Shown one piece after another: positions 1 to 8,334 of a stretch of 62,532 nucleotides of DNA. The position numbers were made by a program, and so were the translations under genes. The DNA lies in the IMG/VR virus record IMGVR_UViG_3300048574_000038, positions 1 through 62,532 of that record. One strand, given 5' to 3'. A model generated the notes under the pieces. The model made no database searches, had not been told where the DNA came from, and saw nothing but the letters and a program-made list of their open reading frames with translations. Origin of the DNA: a virus. Taxonomy: Duplodnaviria; Caudoviricetes. Every line of letters starts with the position of its first letter. Positions within the stretch are counted from its first letter, which is position 1.

Positions 1-16
1 TAATCCAAAGCGTCAG
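1..16. repeat. Terminal direct repeat (copy 1), circular assembly overlap
   Basis: TAATCCAAAGCGTCAG at 1-16 is identical to 62517-62532. Confidence 0.95.
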
Positions 17-39
17 TGCGAGCGTGTCATGTACGTTAT

Positions 40-276
40 TCATAACTCTTCTCCATTAGCGTTGAGTAAATCAATTACAGCCTGTTTAATCACAACGTTC
101 TCGTACCATGTGGCTATGTTATCAGCTTTAATGACAGAGCATGCGTAGTAAAGATCTCGTAATTTTCTTGTAGGTAAATGAATGAGTACTTTAGATTTTT
201 TATACACGTCGAAAGCAAAACCCCAGCCAATTGCAAGCCCTAACAAACTTATAGATGTGATGATAATATAAAACAT
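40..276 (-). CDS. Hypothetical membrane protein
   Basis: GGAGG SD before ATG at 276 (MFYIIITSISLLGLAIGWGF, hydrophobic N-terminus); stop overlaps the ATG of the junction-spanning gene (ATGA). Confidence 0.7.
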   Translation of the reverse strand: MFYIIITSISLLGLAIGWGFAFDVYKKSKVLIHLPTRKLRDLYYACSVIKADNIATWYENVVIKQAVIDLLNANGEEL

Positions 277-292
277 AGCCCCTCCCATGTTA

Positions 293-965
293 GGGAACCT
301 AGAGATTGGCACGTCCCTAGGTTCCCGTAAAGTTTTTCATTCACATTACGGCGGCTCGTCTACACGTTTCATCGCTTTACTCCGTGTTTTCTTTAAACTG
401 TGTAACAGGAAATGCAGTTCTAGGTAAGTCTACCTAGTGTGGTCGTGAACTTTACTGGACAATTCCTAGCCCACGCTGGATTCACTAAGTCCTTACTAAC
501 CCTCTTCGTTAGTGCACGAACAAGGTGTTCATCTGTGAACCTCTATTGCTTTTTCAAGCAACCACCGTTAACGCTGATTGACCCTAACTCCCACGCATGG
601 GAGAGAGGCGGCTTTGCACCGTAGCTACTTTTCGTTTTGCAAGGCATCGAAAGCTTTTTCCGCATGAGTTGTACTGTCACTACAACCGTGGTTGGACACC
701 TCTTGTATGCAGCCTTTCGGGCATTAATGGCGGGACTGTCTTGTTGCAGTCTTTAGATACGCCATGCTGTGCTGATCTGGTATATTGTTGTTACACTCAA
801 CCAGTCTCCCTGTTTTCGTGCAGATTATTTCACCACACTTATCAGCACTACAAGACAACCATTGGCAATACGATCACTACTGTACTTCGTGACGGCTTAA
901 GACGCTTGTTAGAAACATACCTCTGCCTGTAGTTGAAAGGTTCATCTGTCGAATCCCACTTTCAA
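293..965 (-). ncRNA. Candidate large structured RNA A (about 670 nt)
   Basis: No credible CDS; continuous inverted repeats (293-302/317-326, 689-694/856-861, 701-707/849-855, 727-732/760-765, 769-776/841-848); GAAA tetraloops on the - strand at 546-561 and 707-724. Confidence 0.7.
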
Positions 966-992
966 AAGGTGGGACACAAGATGTGCCCCACT
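963..992 (-). terminator. Intrinsic terminator-like hairpin
   Basis: - strand GTGGGGCACA-TCT-TGTGTCCCAC followed by CTTTT, just after the stop of 1009..1716. Confidence 0.5.
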
Positions 993-1008
993 TGTTTGAA
1001 ATTAGGTA

Positions 1009-1716
1009 TTAGGCAGCCATGCCCTTGCCGGAGCCACGCGGCGGAACGATCTTCACGTTAGCAGGACGAGCCTTGCTGGCTTCTTCTGCTTGCTGTTCCA
1101 CAGCCTTTTCAGCTTCCTTCAGCTCATCACTGATGCCGGGGAGCATGCCGACAACGTAGTTGAGAACGCCCTCGATAGCAGCGTCCACATTGATGGCAGC
1201 ACCAGCTTCGAGGTAGATGGCCTTGATGCAGGCGCGGCCAACGAAGTCGAACTTCTTGGCACGTTCTTCATCACCCTGCTCACTGCAAATGCCCGCTTGC
1301 CGCAGCATGGCCGTGGCGAGAATGCCGAAGACCAGAGAGATAAAGCAGGTACGTGCTGTTTTCCAGAACTTGGACTCGTCGTGCCGGAAGTCATACAGAC
1401 GTGTGCCTTCCTCGGGCCGGAAGTATTTGTCGAAGATCTTCCAAATAAGGCCGCGAATAATCTTGGCCGTACCACGTTCAAGTTCTTCGACGCCCACGCT
1501 GGCAAAGACTTCTTTGCCCATGCGGTAAAGGACGAAGCCGTTGAGGACATCCTGTGCCTTGCCAGCGATATCGGAGGCTTTGTTCTTAAGCCTGCCGAAC
1601 CATCCGGCGTCTTTGATCGGAGCATCGTTGTCGTTGACGAGATTTTCCATATCCGCGCCCATCTGGTTGATGAACTCGTCGGTCATGTTCTTGGGCATTT
1701 CCTTCGTGTCTTTCAT
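1009..1716 (-). CDS. Hypothetical protein (235 aa) with a possible transmembrane segment
   Basis: Long ORF, GGGAG SD, strong GC3 codon bias. Confidence 0.8.
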   Translation of the reverse strand: MKDTKEMPKNMTDEFINQMGADMENLVNDNDAPIKDAGWFGRLKNKASDIAGKAQDVLNGFVLYRMGKEVFASVGVEELERGTAKIIRGLIWKIFDKYFRPEEGTRLYDFRHDESKFWKTARTCFISLVFGILATAMLRQAGICSEQGDEERAKKFDFVGRACIKAIYLEAGAAINVDAAIEGVLNYVVGMLPGISDELKEAEKAVEQQAEEASKARPANVKIVPPRGSGKGMAA

Positions 1717-1742
1717 AGTAACTCCCTACCTGAGTAAGATTG

Positions 1743-3680
1743 TTAGACGCGAGCCTTGGCGGCTTCAGCGCGGCGTTCGTGACGGTTCTTGCCTTTGCCC
1801 TTGTTCTTGCCAGAAGGCTTGGAAAGGACAACAGCCTTGTTGGCAGTGGCCTTGCTGATGGCTTCGCCGAGACTGTTGCCACTGGCCGCAGGCTTGGGAG
1901 CAGGGCCAACAGGAATGGCGGTACCGTTGCTGATGGCCGTGGCCTTTCTGTCAAAAGCGTTGAGCTTCAAACTGATGGTGGCGTAGTTCGTTTCGGCCTG
2001 CTGGAGATTGAACTTGGCATCTTCGAGAGCCGCTGCGGCATAAGGAGGAAGCTCACCAAGAGCGTCCTTGATTTTTTCGTTGTCCAAGGTGGTCTTGTCC
2101 ACAAGATCCTTCGCGGAAGTGACCTGCTGTTCGGCATCAAGAACTTCACGCAGAACAGCTTCTTCTTCGGCGGTAGCCTTGGCAGCTTCCTGCTTGGCCG
2201 TGTTGAAAGCTTTCACCGCAGCTTCACGCTGCTTGCGCAGGGCATCAGCGCAGGTGCCGCACATCCACGAGTTTTCGTACTTCACGGAGTCGGCAACGCC
2301 GGGGTAGTCATTGGCCATGCCTTCGGGCAATTTGGGCGGCTTGAGTTGGGACAGTCCGTTCTTCTTAAGGCCGGTCTTGCCGCACACGAGGCAAGAGTAT
2401 TTGTTGCCATTGCCGCACATTTCGCGAGTGATGGGCAGCTTTTCACCGCCGTTGTTTTCGTTGGTGGCGGAAATGTCAATGACCTTGGAGACACCTTCAC
2501 CGCCGTGCTGTTCGTTGTACACTTCCACGGTGCGTTCCCAGCTCTTCTGGATAATATCGGAGCCTTCCAGAACGTAGGTGTTCACCGCCGGGTCAAAGAT
2601 GGATTTGACCACAGGGATGCTGATGCACGGGATGCGAGTGATCGTGCCGTCGGCGTTTTGCACGTCCTTGTAGATCATGTCCTGCATCAGGTGCGGAGGA
2701 ACGTACGTGTGGACGCACTTGGGATCGTTCATCATGGTGGTGATGCGTTCGTGAATCATGCGGCGGGTGATCTGAAGAGGTTCCTTCACCGTGCCCACTT
2801 CGTAGCCGTACTGGACACCAACATACAAGCCAAGGGCGTCGTCGGTAGTGCGGTTCTGCAAATCCCAGTTGATGATCGCCGCTTCATCAAGAGTGGTATC
2901 TTTGCACAGAACTTCCTGAGGCCGTACCTGACCTTTAACGATTTCGCCATACCGAGAGTTGGGCCAGCGAACACACAGAAGAGCTTTGCCAGATGCCGCA
3001 GTAACGGTATCGATCTTACCGTTGCGTATGTCGTTGCTGATAACCGTAACTTCGTTTTCCGGCAGGCCATTGACATCGGTGATAATCACACGGTCACGGG
3101 TGGCATCCACGTTGATGGTGAGGTCGTTGACCTTAGCCTGCTGCATGCCGGGGATGGGGGCGACGGTCTTGTCGGCAAGGTTGATAACCATAGCCACGCC
3201 TTCGCCACCGGATTGCGTGTTGTAGAATTCGTCGTCGTTACCCCAACTGCGGTTGCGGTAGCCAAAGACGGAGCTTTGCGCTGCCTTCTCGGCGTAGTGC
3301 GCCACAATGGACTGCATAATGAGGGCAGGATCGGTGATGCCCTCCATGTCGCCGCCTTCCTTGAACTTCTTTTCGATGGCGCGGTCGTGCTTGAAGGTAT
3401 CCTTCAGCAGTTCGTGAACACGGAAAGCACTGGCCTTGAGGGCATTTTCGGCGGAAACACGCTGGAGGTCTGTGAGTTCAAAAGGATTGTTGGGGGACAG
3501 AGCAAAGACACTGGCGGCAAGAGCCGTACTGGCACGTTCCAGCGCCATGAGGTCGATGTTGCTGTTGACTTTGCCGACAACGATATCGGCGAAGGTGGTC
3601 TCCATACTGGAAGCTTTGGCTTCCGCAAGAGCTTTCTTCACCAACTCGTTCTGCATAAGACCAAGAATGTCGAAATGCAT
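1743..3680 (-). CDS. Hypothetical 645-aa protein with C-terminal Zn-ribbon and coiled coil
   Basis: AGGGAG SD; CLVC and CGTC motifs, Ala/Glu/Lys-rich helix, basic tail; strong codon bias. Confidence 0.85.
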   Translation of the reverse strand: MHFDILGLMQNELVKKALAEAKASSMETTFADIVVGKVNSNIDLMALERASTALAASVFALSPNNPFELTDLQRVSAENALKASAFRVHELLKDTFKHDRAIEKKFKEGGDMEGITDPALIMQSIVAHYAEKAAQSSVFGYRNRSWGNDDEFYNTQSGGEGVAMVINLADKTVAPIPGMQQAKVNDLTINVDATRDRVIITDVNGLPENEVTVISNDIRNGKIDTVTAASGKALLCVRWPNSRYGEIVKGQVRPQEVLCKDTTLDEAAIINWDLQNRTTDDALGLYVGVQYGYEVGTVKEPLQITRRMIHERITTMMNDPKCVHTYVPPHLMQDMIYKDVQNADGTITRIPCISIPVVKSIFDPAVNTYVLEGSDIIQKSWERTVEVYNEQHGGEGVSKVIDISATNENNGGEKLPITREMCGNGNKYSCLVCGKTGLKKNGLSQLKPPKLPEGMANDYPGVADSVKYENSWMCGTCADALRKQREAAVKAFNTAKQEAAKATAEEEAVLREVLDAEQQVTSAKDLVDKTTLDNEKIKDALGELPPYAAAALEDAKFNLQQAETNYATISLKLNAFDRKATAISNGTAIPVGPAPKPAASGNSLGEAISKATANKAVVLSKPSGKNKGKGKNRHERRAEAAKARV

Positions 3681-3697
3681 GTGTAACTCCCTTGTTG

Positions 3698-3955
3698 TTA
3701 ATGGTTTTTATTTTTGTCGCTACCACAGCCTTTGCCAGAGCATCTGCTGCACACGAGCAGAGACACAATAACCATGACTATGATAGCGATAGTCGCAGTG
3801 CTGATGAATACGTAAAACGCATCAAACATGCTGCTCATAACCTGTTCGTTGAACCGGCCAAGGAACATACCGAATGCGTAGACGGCAAGAAAAATGATAA
3901 CAGAGCCTACTTCAAGCTCCGCCAACAACACAATTGTCTTTCGGAGAGGGCACAT
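3698..3955 (-). CDS. Small two-TM membrane protein
   Basis: GGAGG SD before ATG at 3955; two hydrophobic stretches. Confidence 0.6.
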   Translation of the reverse strand: MCPLRKTIVLLAELEVGSVIIFLAVYAFGMFLGRFNEQVMSSMFDAFYVFISTATIAIIVMVIVSLLVCSRCSGKGCGSDKNKNH

Positions 3956-4184
3956 GATTTTCTTCCTCCACAGTGATCCATTTTGCTGAACCACGCAATC
4001 GTCTCTTGATGATTCGATTGGCTACAGGACAAAAGACTTCCACCTTGATAGCAATGCTCCTATCAAGGAGTCGCTTACCCTCTCGCATAGCACCCAAGAG
4101 AGTACGGTGGTACCGGTCAAACGTGCGTTCACGGCGCTGAATCTTGCCGACAACAAGCTTCGTGATGATAAGTCGGTATTCCAT
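3912..4184 (-). CDS. Small basic hypothetical protein
   Basis: AGGGAG SD before MEYRLIITK. Confidence 0.6.
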   Translation of the reverse strand: MEYRLIITKLVVGKIQRRERTFDRYHRTLLGAMREGKRLLDRSIAIKVEVFCPVANRIIKRRLRGSAKWITVEEENHVPSPKDNCVVGGA

Positions 4185-4206
4185 AGCCGTCTCCCTTGTA
4201 GCTAAG

Positions 4207-4479
4207 TTACTTGTTGTGGTGTCTCTTATGTAAAGTCTTTGCGCCTTTCTTTGTGACGCAATAGATCTTAACATCTGTGTAAATTCCATTACTGGAAACC
4301 ATAGCCAGAAGCATGCGCGATTCTTGAGCGGCGGCAATCGCATCACACGCTTCCGCAGTTTGCACAATTTCCAATCCGTCAGTGTGAAACTCTGGTTCTT
4401 GTTCAGCGATAGTGGCGGTACCGTCTGAACCCATGAGCATCACAATAAGAAGGAATGCAGATTTCATGCGAATGCCCAA
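4207..4479 (-). CDS. Hypothetical secreted or membrane protein
   Basis: Signal-like N-terminus; packed in the early operon. Confidence 0.55.
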   Translation of the reverse strand: MGIRMKSAFLLIVMLMGSDGTATIAEQEPEFHTDGLEIVQTAEACDAIAAAQESRMLLAMVSSNGIYTDVKIYCVTKKGAKTLHKRHHNK

Positions 4480-4766
4480 TGAATGAAGTCCGTTACAGGT
4501 TGATGGTACACAGCACCAAGAACGAAAACAATTGCTGCTGCGGCCAGACCTTTGAATATACCGTCCTCAGACTTGGCACACTCATGAAGGTAGGCATCTT
4601 CAACTGCGTCCATGTCTGCAAGCATAGATTGCCTGCGGTCGTGCATGATGGAAATGTATGTGGTGCACAGTTGCCGGTGAATAAGCAATGCAATCACAGC
4701 ATCACCAGATGCAAGAGCATTGGCAAACTTACGCTCGAGTTTCGTCACAGTGCGCATATCACGCAT
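4464..4766 (-). CDS. Hypothetical protein with C-terminal TM
   Basis: AGGAG SD before MRDMRTV; overlaps the stop of the upstream gene. Confidence 0.6.
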   Translation of the reverse strand: MRDMRTVTKLERKFANALASGDAVIALLIHRQLCTTYISIMHDRRQSMLADMDAVEDAYLHECAKSEDGIFKGLAAAAIVFVLGAVYHQPVTDFIHWAFA

Positions 4767-5163
4767 AAGAATCTCCTGAGATAGCGAAAGGGTACCCCAT
4801 GCACAGAAGTGGGTGGGCTTTCTTGTCCTCATGAATCGTGGCGATTACGCCGCGCAGGTATGTGCGGAACATACGAAGATCACTGTACTTGATCTTGTTT
4901 CCAACACGAGATACCCGATGCCGGACGACAATAACCAGACCGCCGTTGTCTTCCAACTGAACACTTGCAGTAGTTCCGAACTTACCGCGAGCCTTAAGCA
5001 AATACTTTGCTGCCCTTTCAGAGAACTCAAACAGAACGTACGGATGGTACCGTCTTCCGGGGTGGCCTGAGCAGCAGAAACGCGTGTGCAGACCGAGCAT
5101 ATTCAGGGCAATGATCTCCTGATATATGTAGCCGTCCAAGTGCACGTTAGGAAGTAAGCGCAT
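4759..5163 (-). CDS. Hypothetical protein with an LN-x-LGL-x-T-x-FCCSGH motif (TYW3-like signature)
   Basis: AAGGAG SD; motif ALNMLGLHTRFCCSGH...PYVLF. Confidence 0.6.
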   Translation of the reverse strand: MRLLPNVHLDGYIYQEIIALNMLGLHTRFCCSGHPGRRYHPYVLFEFSERAAKYLLKARGKFGTTASVQLEDNGGLVIVVRHRVSRVGNKIKYSDLRMFRTYLRGVIATIHEDKKAHPLLCMGYPFAISGDSYA

Positions 5164-5173
5164 CTCTTTCTCC

Positions 5174-5398
5174 TTATCCGTACAGATCAACGAGAATGCC
5201 AATCGTGCACAGAGCAGTAAAGACAGACAAGGCAGCATATGTCTTTTTAAACAAAAGCATGCTGTCTTTATAGATCTCTGGGTAGTCTTTCCTCAAAGGC
5301 ATGACGTTTAACAGCCAAGATACCGGAAGGCCAACTACTAAAGTAGCTACGCCACCTCCGGCAAAACCAGCTAAGCAAATTCTAAGTATCTCCTGCAT
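5174..5398 (-). CDS. Small membrane protein
   Basis: GAGGAG SD; two hydrophobic segments. Confidence 0.6.
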   Translation of the reverse strand: MQEILRICLAGFAGGGVATLVVGLPVSWLLNVMPLRKDYPEIYKDSMLLFKKTYAALSVFTALCTIGILVDLYG

Positions 5399-5600
5399 AG
5401 GTATTCTCCTCTACCATTCTGCGGTAGCGTCTTGCCCAAAGGAGCATACGAGCACGAGCCTGACGCATACGTTTGTATGCTGCTTCGAGCTTGGCATCAT
5501 AAGCATCGAGTTCCTGTTCCAATTGGCAGATTGTTTGAAGCATGTCGAAGCGTACGTACCTAAGGTTAGCTCTGCGCCGAGCGTGTGGCTTCACGCGCAA
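5382..5600 (-). CDS. Small basic coiled-coil protein
   Basis: GGAGG upstream; tightly packed ORF. Confidence 0.5.
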   Translation of the reverse strand: MRVKPHARRRANLRYVRFDMLQTICQLEQELDAYDAKLEAAYKRMRQARARMLLWARRYRRMVEENTYAGDT

Positions 5601-5919
5601 CCTCCGCAGGAATTATGGCAGTACGGGCAACACGTTCTTCCTTATTCGCATCGTGGTTAAGAGCAAACAACCACGTAGGTTCATTATGCGTACATGTTTG
5701 TACCTTCAACCAACGCCCTTGTCGCACATAAACACACAGCGTAGCACGGATAACACGAGGTTGCTTCTTGAGTTCGGATATTCTGGCATAAACTTCCGAC
5801 AAATTGCGCAGATATTCCCACGTAACTTTTTTGTTCTTGCCAGTAGGAATGCTGGTTCTCGGCATGACAGAATCGTGCTCTATCTTGAGAACCATTGCAG
5901 GAAAGGTTCTGTTCATCAC
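5566..5919 (-). CDS. Hypothetical protein
   Basis: ORF of 117 aa with a purine-rich leader, first gene of a packed cluster. Confidence 0.55.
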   Translation of the reverse strand: MMNRTFPAMVLKIEHDSVMPRTSIPTGKNKKVTWEYLRNLSEVYARISELKKQPRVIRATLCVYVRQGRWLKVQTCTHNEPTWLFALNHDANKEERVARTAIIPAEVAREATRSAQS

Positions 5920-6000
5920 CCACCTACCTAGTTAAAAGGTTATGTTCCTTGAAATAATAAAGCCACCAACTTTACGTTAGTGGCTCGATGTTGCAAGGAA

Positions 6001-7107
6001 TTATTCTACGTCCATCGGGGCGAAGTCGTTGTCCCTCGCGCCGTTCGTCTTACCCGGATGGTGCATCACACGGATTTTGCCTTCCGGCGGCCGCTTGTCT
6101 TCGTCGCTGGCGTGGCAAGTGCACACATGCTGCGGAGTTTCGGAATCATCCGCCTCCATCGGGTCAATGGCAGAAAGAAGTCGGAGAGATACGCGGGCTG
6201 CATCTTCCGCACTGATGCCGTCGATAACGATGGAAACACCACGCACAGCCATGTCGCCAGCACCAAGTTCATCCATTGTGATATCCAGCTTTGCCATGTT
6301 GTTCTCCTTCACAGGTTTGTAGGTGCGTGAAGCAAGCCAGTCGTATTCACCACGAAGTAAAAGAATATCTTTATCCTTCTGGTCAACGGTGTCGTGCAAA
6401 CTGTTGCACTCTTCTGTAAGCAGGTCGTTGCGCTGCTCCAGTTCCTTGATACGAACAGACGCAAGCCTCGCGTTGTGTTGGAGATTCTTGAGTGCTTCCA
6501 CGAGATACACCGGGTTAGTCCCGCTTGCTTTCAACTTGCGGAACTTGTTAACCAAGTGTTCCAACTTGTGCCTGTAACTAGCGGACATAAGGGACAAGTC
6601 TCTGTCCCGACGTTTGTGCGCTTGGCGTTGCCGTTCCAACTTGCTTTGCAACGCTGTGTTTTCCCGTTCAAGCTGACCAAGCCTGTGTTGGAGATCCTCA
6701 TTTTGTGCCTCAATAAATGTCAATCCGATATTGGGCACATTGCTTTCAGTGAGCAAAGCAAGTTCCTGCTCAAGTTGAGCAACCGTATCGAGAAGCTCCG
6801 CATTGCGATTGTTGCACTTCTCGCAGACGGTGTATTCCAACTGTTTGGGAGAACTTTCCGTGGGCAACTTCTGTCCAAACTGAAGAAACTTGCCTACTTC
6901 AGCATCCACTAACGCCACGAATTTGTCAAAAGCGCCGGATTCTTTGCTGACGATGTCGGGGATAAGTTCCCGTACACTTTCGTAGTCCAGTATCTGCTTA
7001 GCGAGAAGCAGCATGTTCTGCGCATGAGGGTAATCTTCCGCCAGTTTGTCAAGAATGTTGTTAGTAACACGCAGCGTCTCTTCCACGAGCGTTTCCAACT
7101 TTTCCAT
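6001..7107 (-). CDS. Coiled-coil protein (368 aa)
   Basis: AAGGAG SD; long heptad-rich region, CEKC motif; internal SD plus ATG at 6297. Confidence 0.8.
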   Translation of the reverse strand: MEKLETLVEETLRVTNNILDKLAEDYPHAQNMLLLAKQILDYESVRELIPDIVSKESGAFDKFVALVDAEVGKFLQFGQKLPTESSPKQLEYTVCEKCNNRNAELLDTVAQLEQELALLTESNVPNIGLTFIEAQNEDLQHRLGQLERENTALQSKLERQRQAHKRRDRDLSLMSASYRHKLEHLVNKFRKLKASGTNPVYLVEALKNLQHNARLASVRIKELEQRNDLLTEECNSLHDTVDQKDKDILLLRGEYDWLASRTYKPVKENNMAKLDITMDELGAGDMAVRGVSIVIDGISAEDAARVSLRLLSAIDPMEADDSETPQHVCTCHASDEDKRPPEGKIRVMHHPGKTNGARDNDFAPMDVE

Positions 7108-7127
7108 AATAGCTCCTTTGTTTTATT

Positions 7128-7483
7128 GGGCAGCCTTGCGCACGACTGCCCTAAAAACCAAGGATATTTTACGTTAATGAGTACCAACAAACTAGCAGGG
7201 AATTGCTAGACTTGGTAAATATCAGCCAACTGCTGTACATACAGAGTCCCAAACTCTGCGTTGCAACAGGCACAACACGGCGCATGGCACGTACACTAAT
7301 GTGTAGATAGCTGACTGTATTATGAATGTGGTGAACATGTGTTCCCATCCATCCCACAGCGGGGTAAGCCAGATACTAACACACTTGTACACGGCAGTAC
7401 GCATAATAGCTACTGCATACACAACCACTCCTTTGTTTTATGCAAGCCCCAACTCTAGGTCAGAGCTTGTATTAAAGCAAAGG
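7128..7483 (-). ncRNA. Possible structured RNA B or processing leader
   Basis: Hairpins GGGCAG/CTGCCC, ACCAA-CTAGCA/TGCTAG-TTGGT, CAGAG/CTCTG, GCAGTA/TACTGC and a long irregular stem at 7430-7483; ORFs here are unconvincing. Confidence 0.4.
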
Positions 7484-7519
7484 AATTGACCGAAGGGAAA
7501 CTAATTGACCGAAGGGAAA
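7484..7519 (+). repeat. Tandem 17-bp motif AATTGACCGAAGGGAAA (2 copies)
   Basis: Copies at 7484-7500 and 7503-7519; further copies at 10996-11012 and, inverted with 2 mismatches, at 9824-9840. Confidence 0.85.
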
Positions 7520-7528
7520 GGAAACAAG

Positions 7529-8224
7529 TTATGCCGCCTGCTTGTTAACCTGCAAGCAAGAGGCAATGGCCGCAACCACGCTTGCCATCATGGCGTTATT
7601 GTCGGCAACAGGAGAAAGCATTTTCACCACGTCTTCAAGAGGCTTGGGCAGAGGAGCCGCAGTACTGGAAGGCAGGTCAACGCCAAGCTCCTTTGCCTTC
7701 TTTTCAAGGCGAGAGAAGGAATCAAGAATGGCCTTCGCCTTGTCTTCCTGCGTCTTGGCGGCGTTCTTCGCTTCGCGTTCGGCCTTTTGTTCGGCCTTCA
7801 GGTTGTCGTACCACTTGCCCGCGCCAAGAACAGTGATGGCAATGGCGGACACAAAGGCCAGACATTCCTTGTCCACGTCAGACAGTTTGTTCGGGTCACG
7901 GCTGGACTCCCAAGCCTTGCCGCCGGACTTGTCCTTATAAATGGCCTGTGCGGCGCGGAAAGAGAAGACAACCTTCTTCTTGTCCTTGTCCCACATAACG
8001 GGAACGCCCTTGCGCGTCATGTACTCGCGCATGTAGGGCTTCATCTTGTCCGGCACGGCGGCAAGCAATTGGTTGCAGTATGTGGCGTTGCAATCACGAA
8101 TGGCACGTTCAACGCAGGGAAGCAGCAGGGTTTGCGCACCTTCCTGCATTTCCTTGACGGTTGCCGTGAACTTCGCCAGCTTGGAAACAAGATCACTTTC
8201 GCTCATAATGTACGCAGTGGCCAT
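7529..8224 (-). CDS. Early hypothetical protein (231 aa)
   Basis: GAGGAG SD; strong codon bias. Confidence 0.85.
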   Translation of the reverse strand: MATAYIMSESDLVSKLAKFTATVKEMQEGAQTLLLPCVERAIRDCNATYCNQLLAAVPDKMKPYMREYMTRKGVPVMWDKDKKKVVFSFRAAQAIYKDKSGGKAWESSRDPNKLSDVDKECLAFVSAIAITVLGAGKWYDNLKAEQKAEREAKNAAKTQEDKAKAILDSFSRLEKKAKELGVDLPSSTAAPLPKPLEDVVKMLSPVADNNAMMASVVAAIASCLQVNKQAA

Positions 8225-8253
8225 GGTGTATCTCCTCTGTATTAAATTGTTGT

Positions 8254-8269
8254 TGTTTCATGTGAAACA
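8254..8269. promoter_or_regulatory. parS-like palindrome
   Basis: TGTTTCATGTGAAACA, one mismatch from the chromosomal parS consensus TGTTTCACGTGAAACA. Confidence 0.75.
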
Positions 8270-8286
8270 TTGTTTAGTGACTAACC

Positions 8287-8334
8287 AAAAATAAAAACCG
8301 CTAGGTAAGACCTTTTGTCAAGGATACCTAGCGG
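8287..8334 (-). terminator. Intrinsic terminator
   Basis: CCGCTAGGTA...TACCTAGCGG stem followed by TTTTTATTTT on the - strand. Confidence 0.75.

Noticed and set aside
1-16. Terminal repeat as a biological DTR or att site
   Set aside because: It falls inside a gene and no integrase is present; most simply an assembly overlap
325-360. GAGCCG...ACGG resembling group II intron domain V
   Set aside because: Pairing register does not fit domain V; no domain VI/AY end, no GUGYG start, no maturase and no interrupted gene
925-990. GGAUUCGACAG resembling the tmRNA 5' motif
   Set aside because: No matching acceptor stem, 3' T-arm/CCA or tag ORF found
1740-3686. 648-aa + strand ORF
   Set aside because: Antisense shadow of the codon-biased - strand gene; no SD and unnatural composition. 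The same applies to 1090..1737, 7505..8245, 18337..19293, 48594..49517 and 49641..51005.
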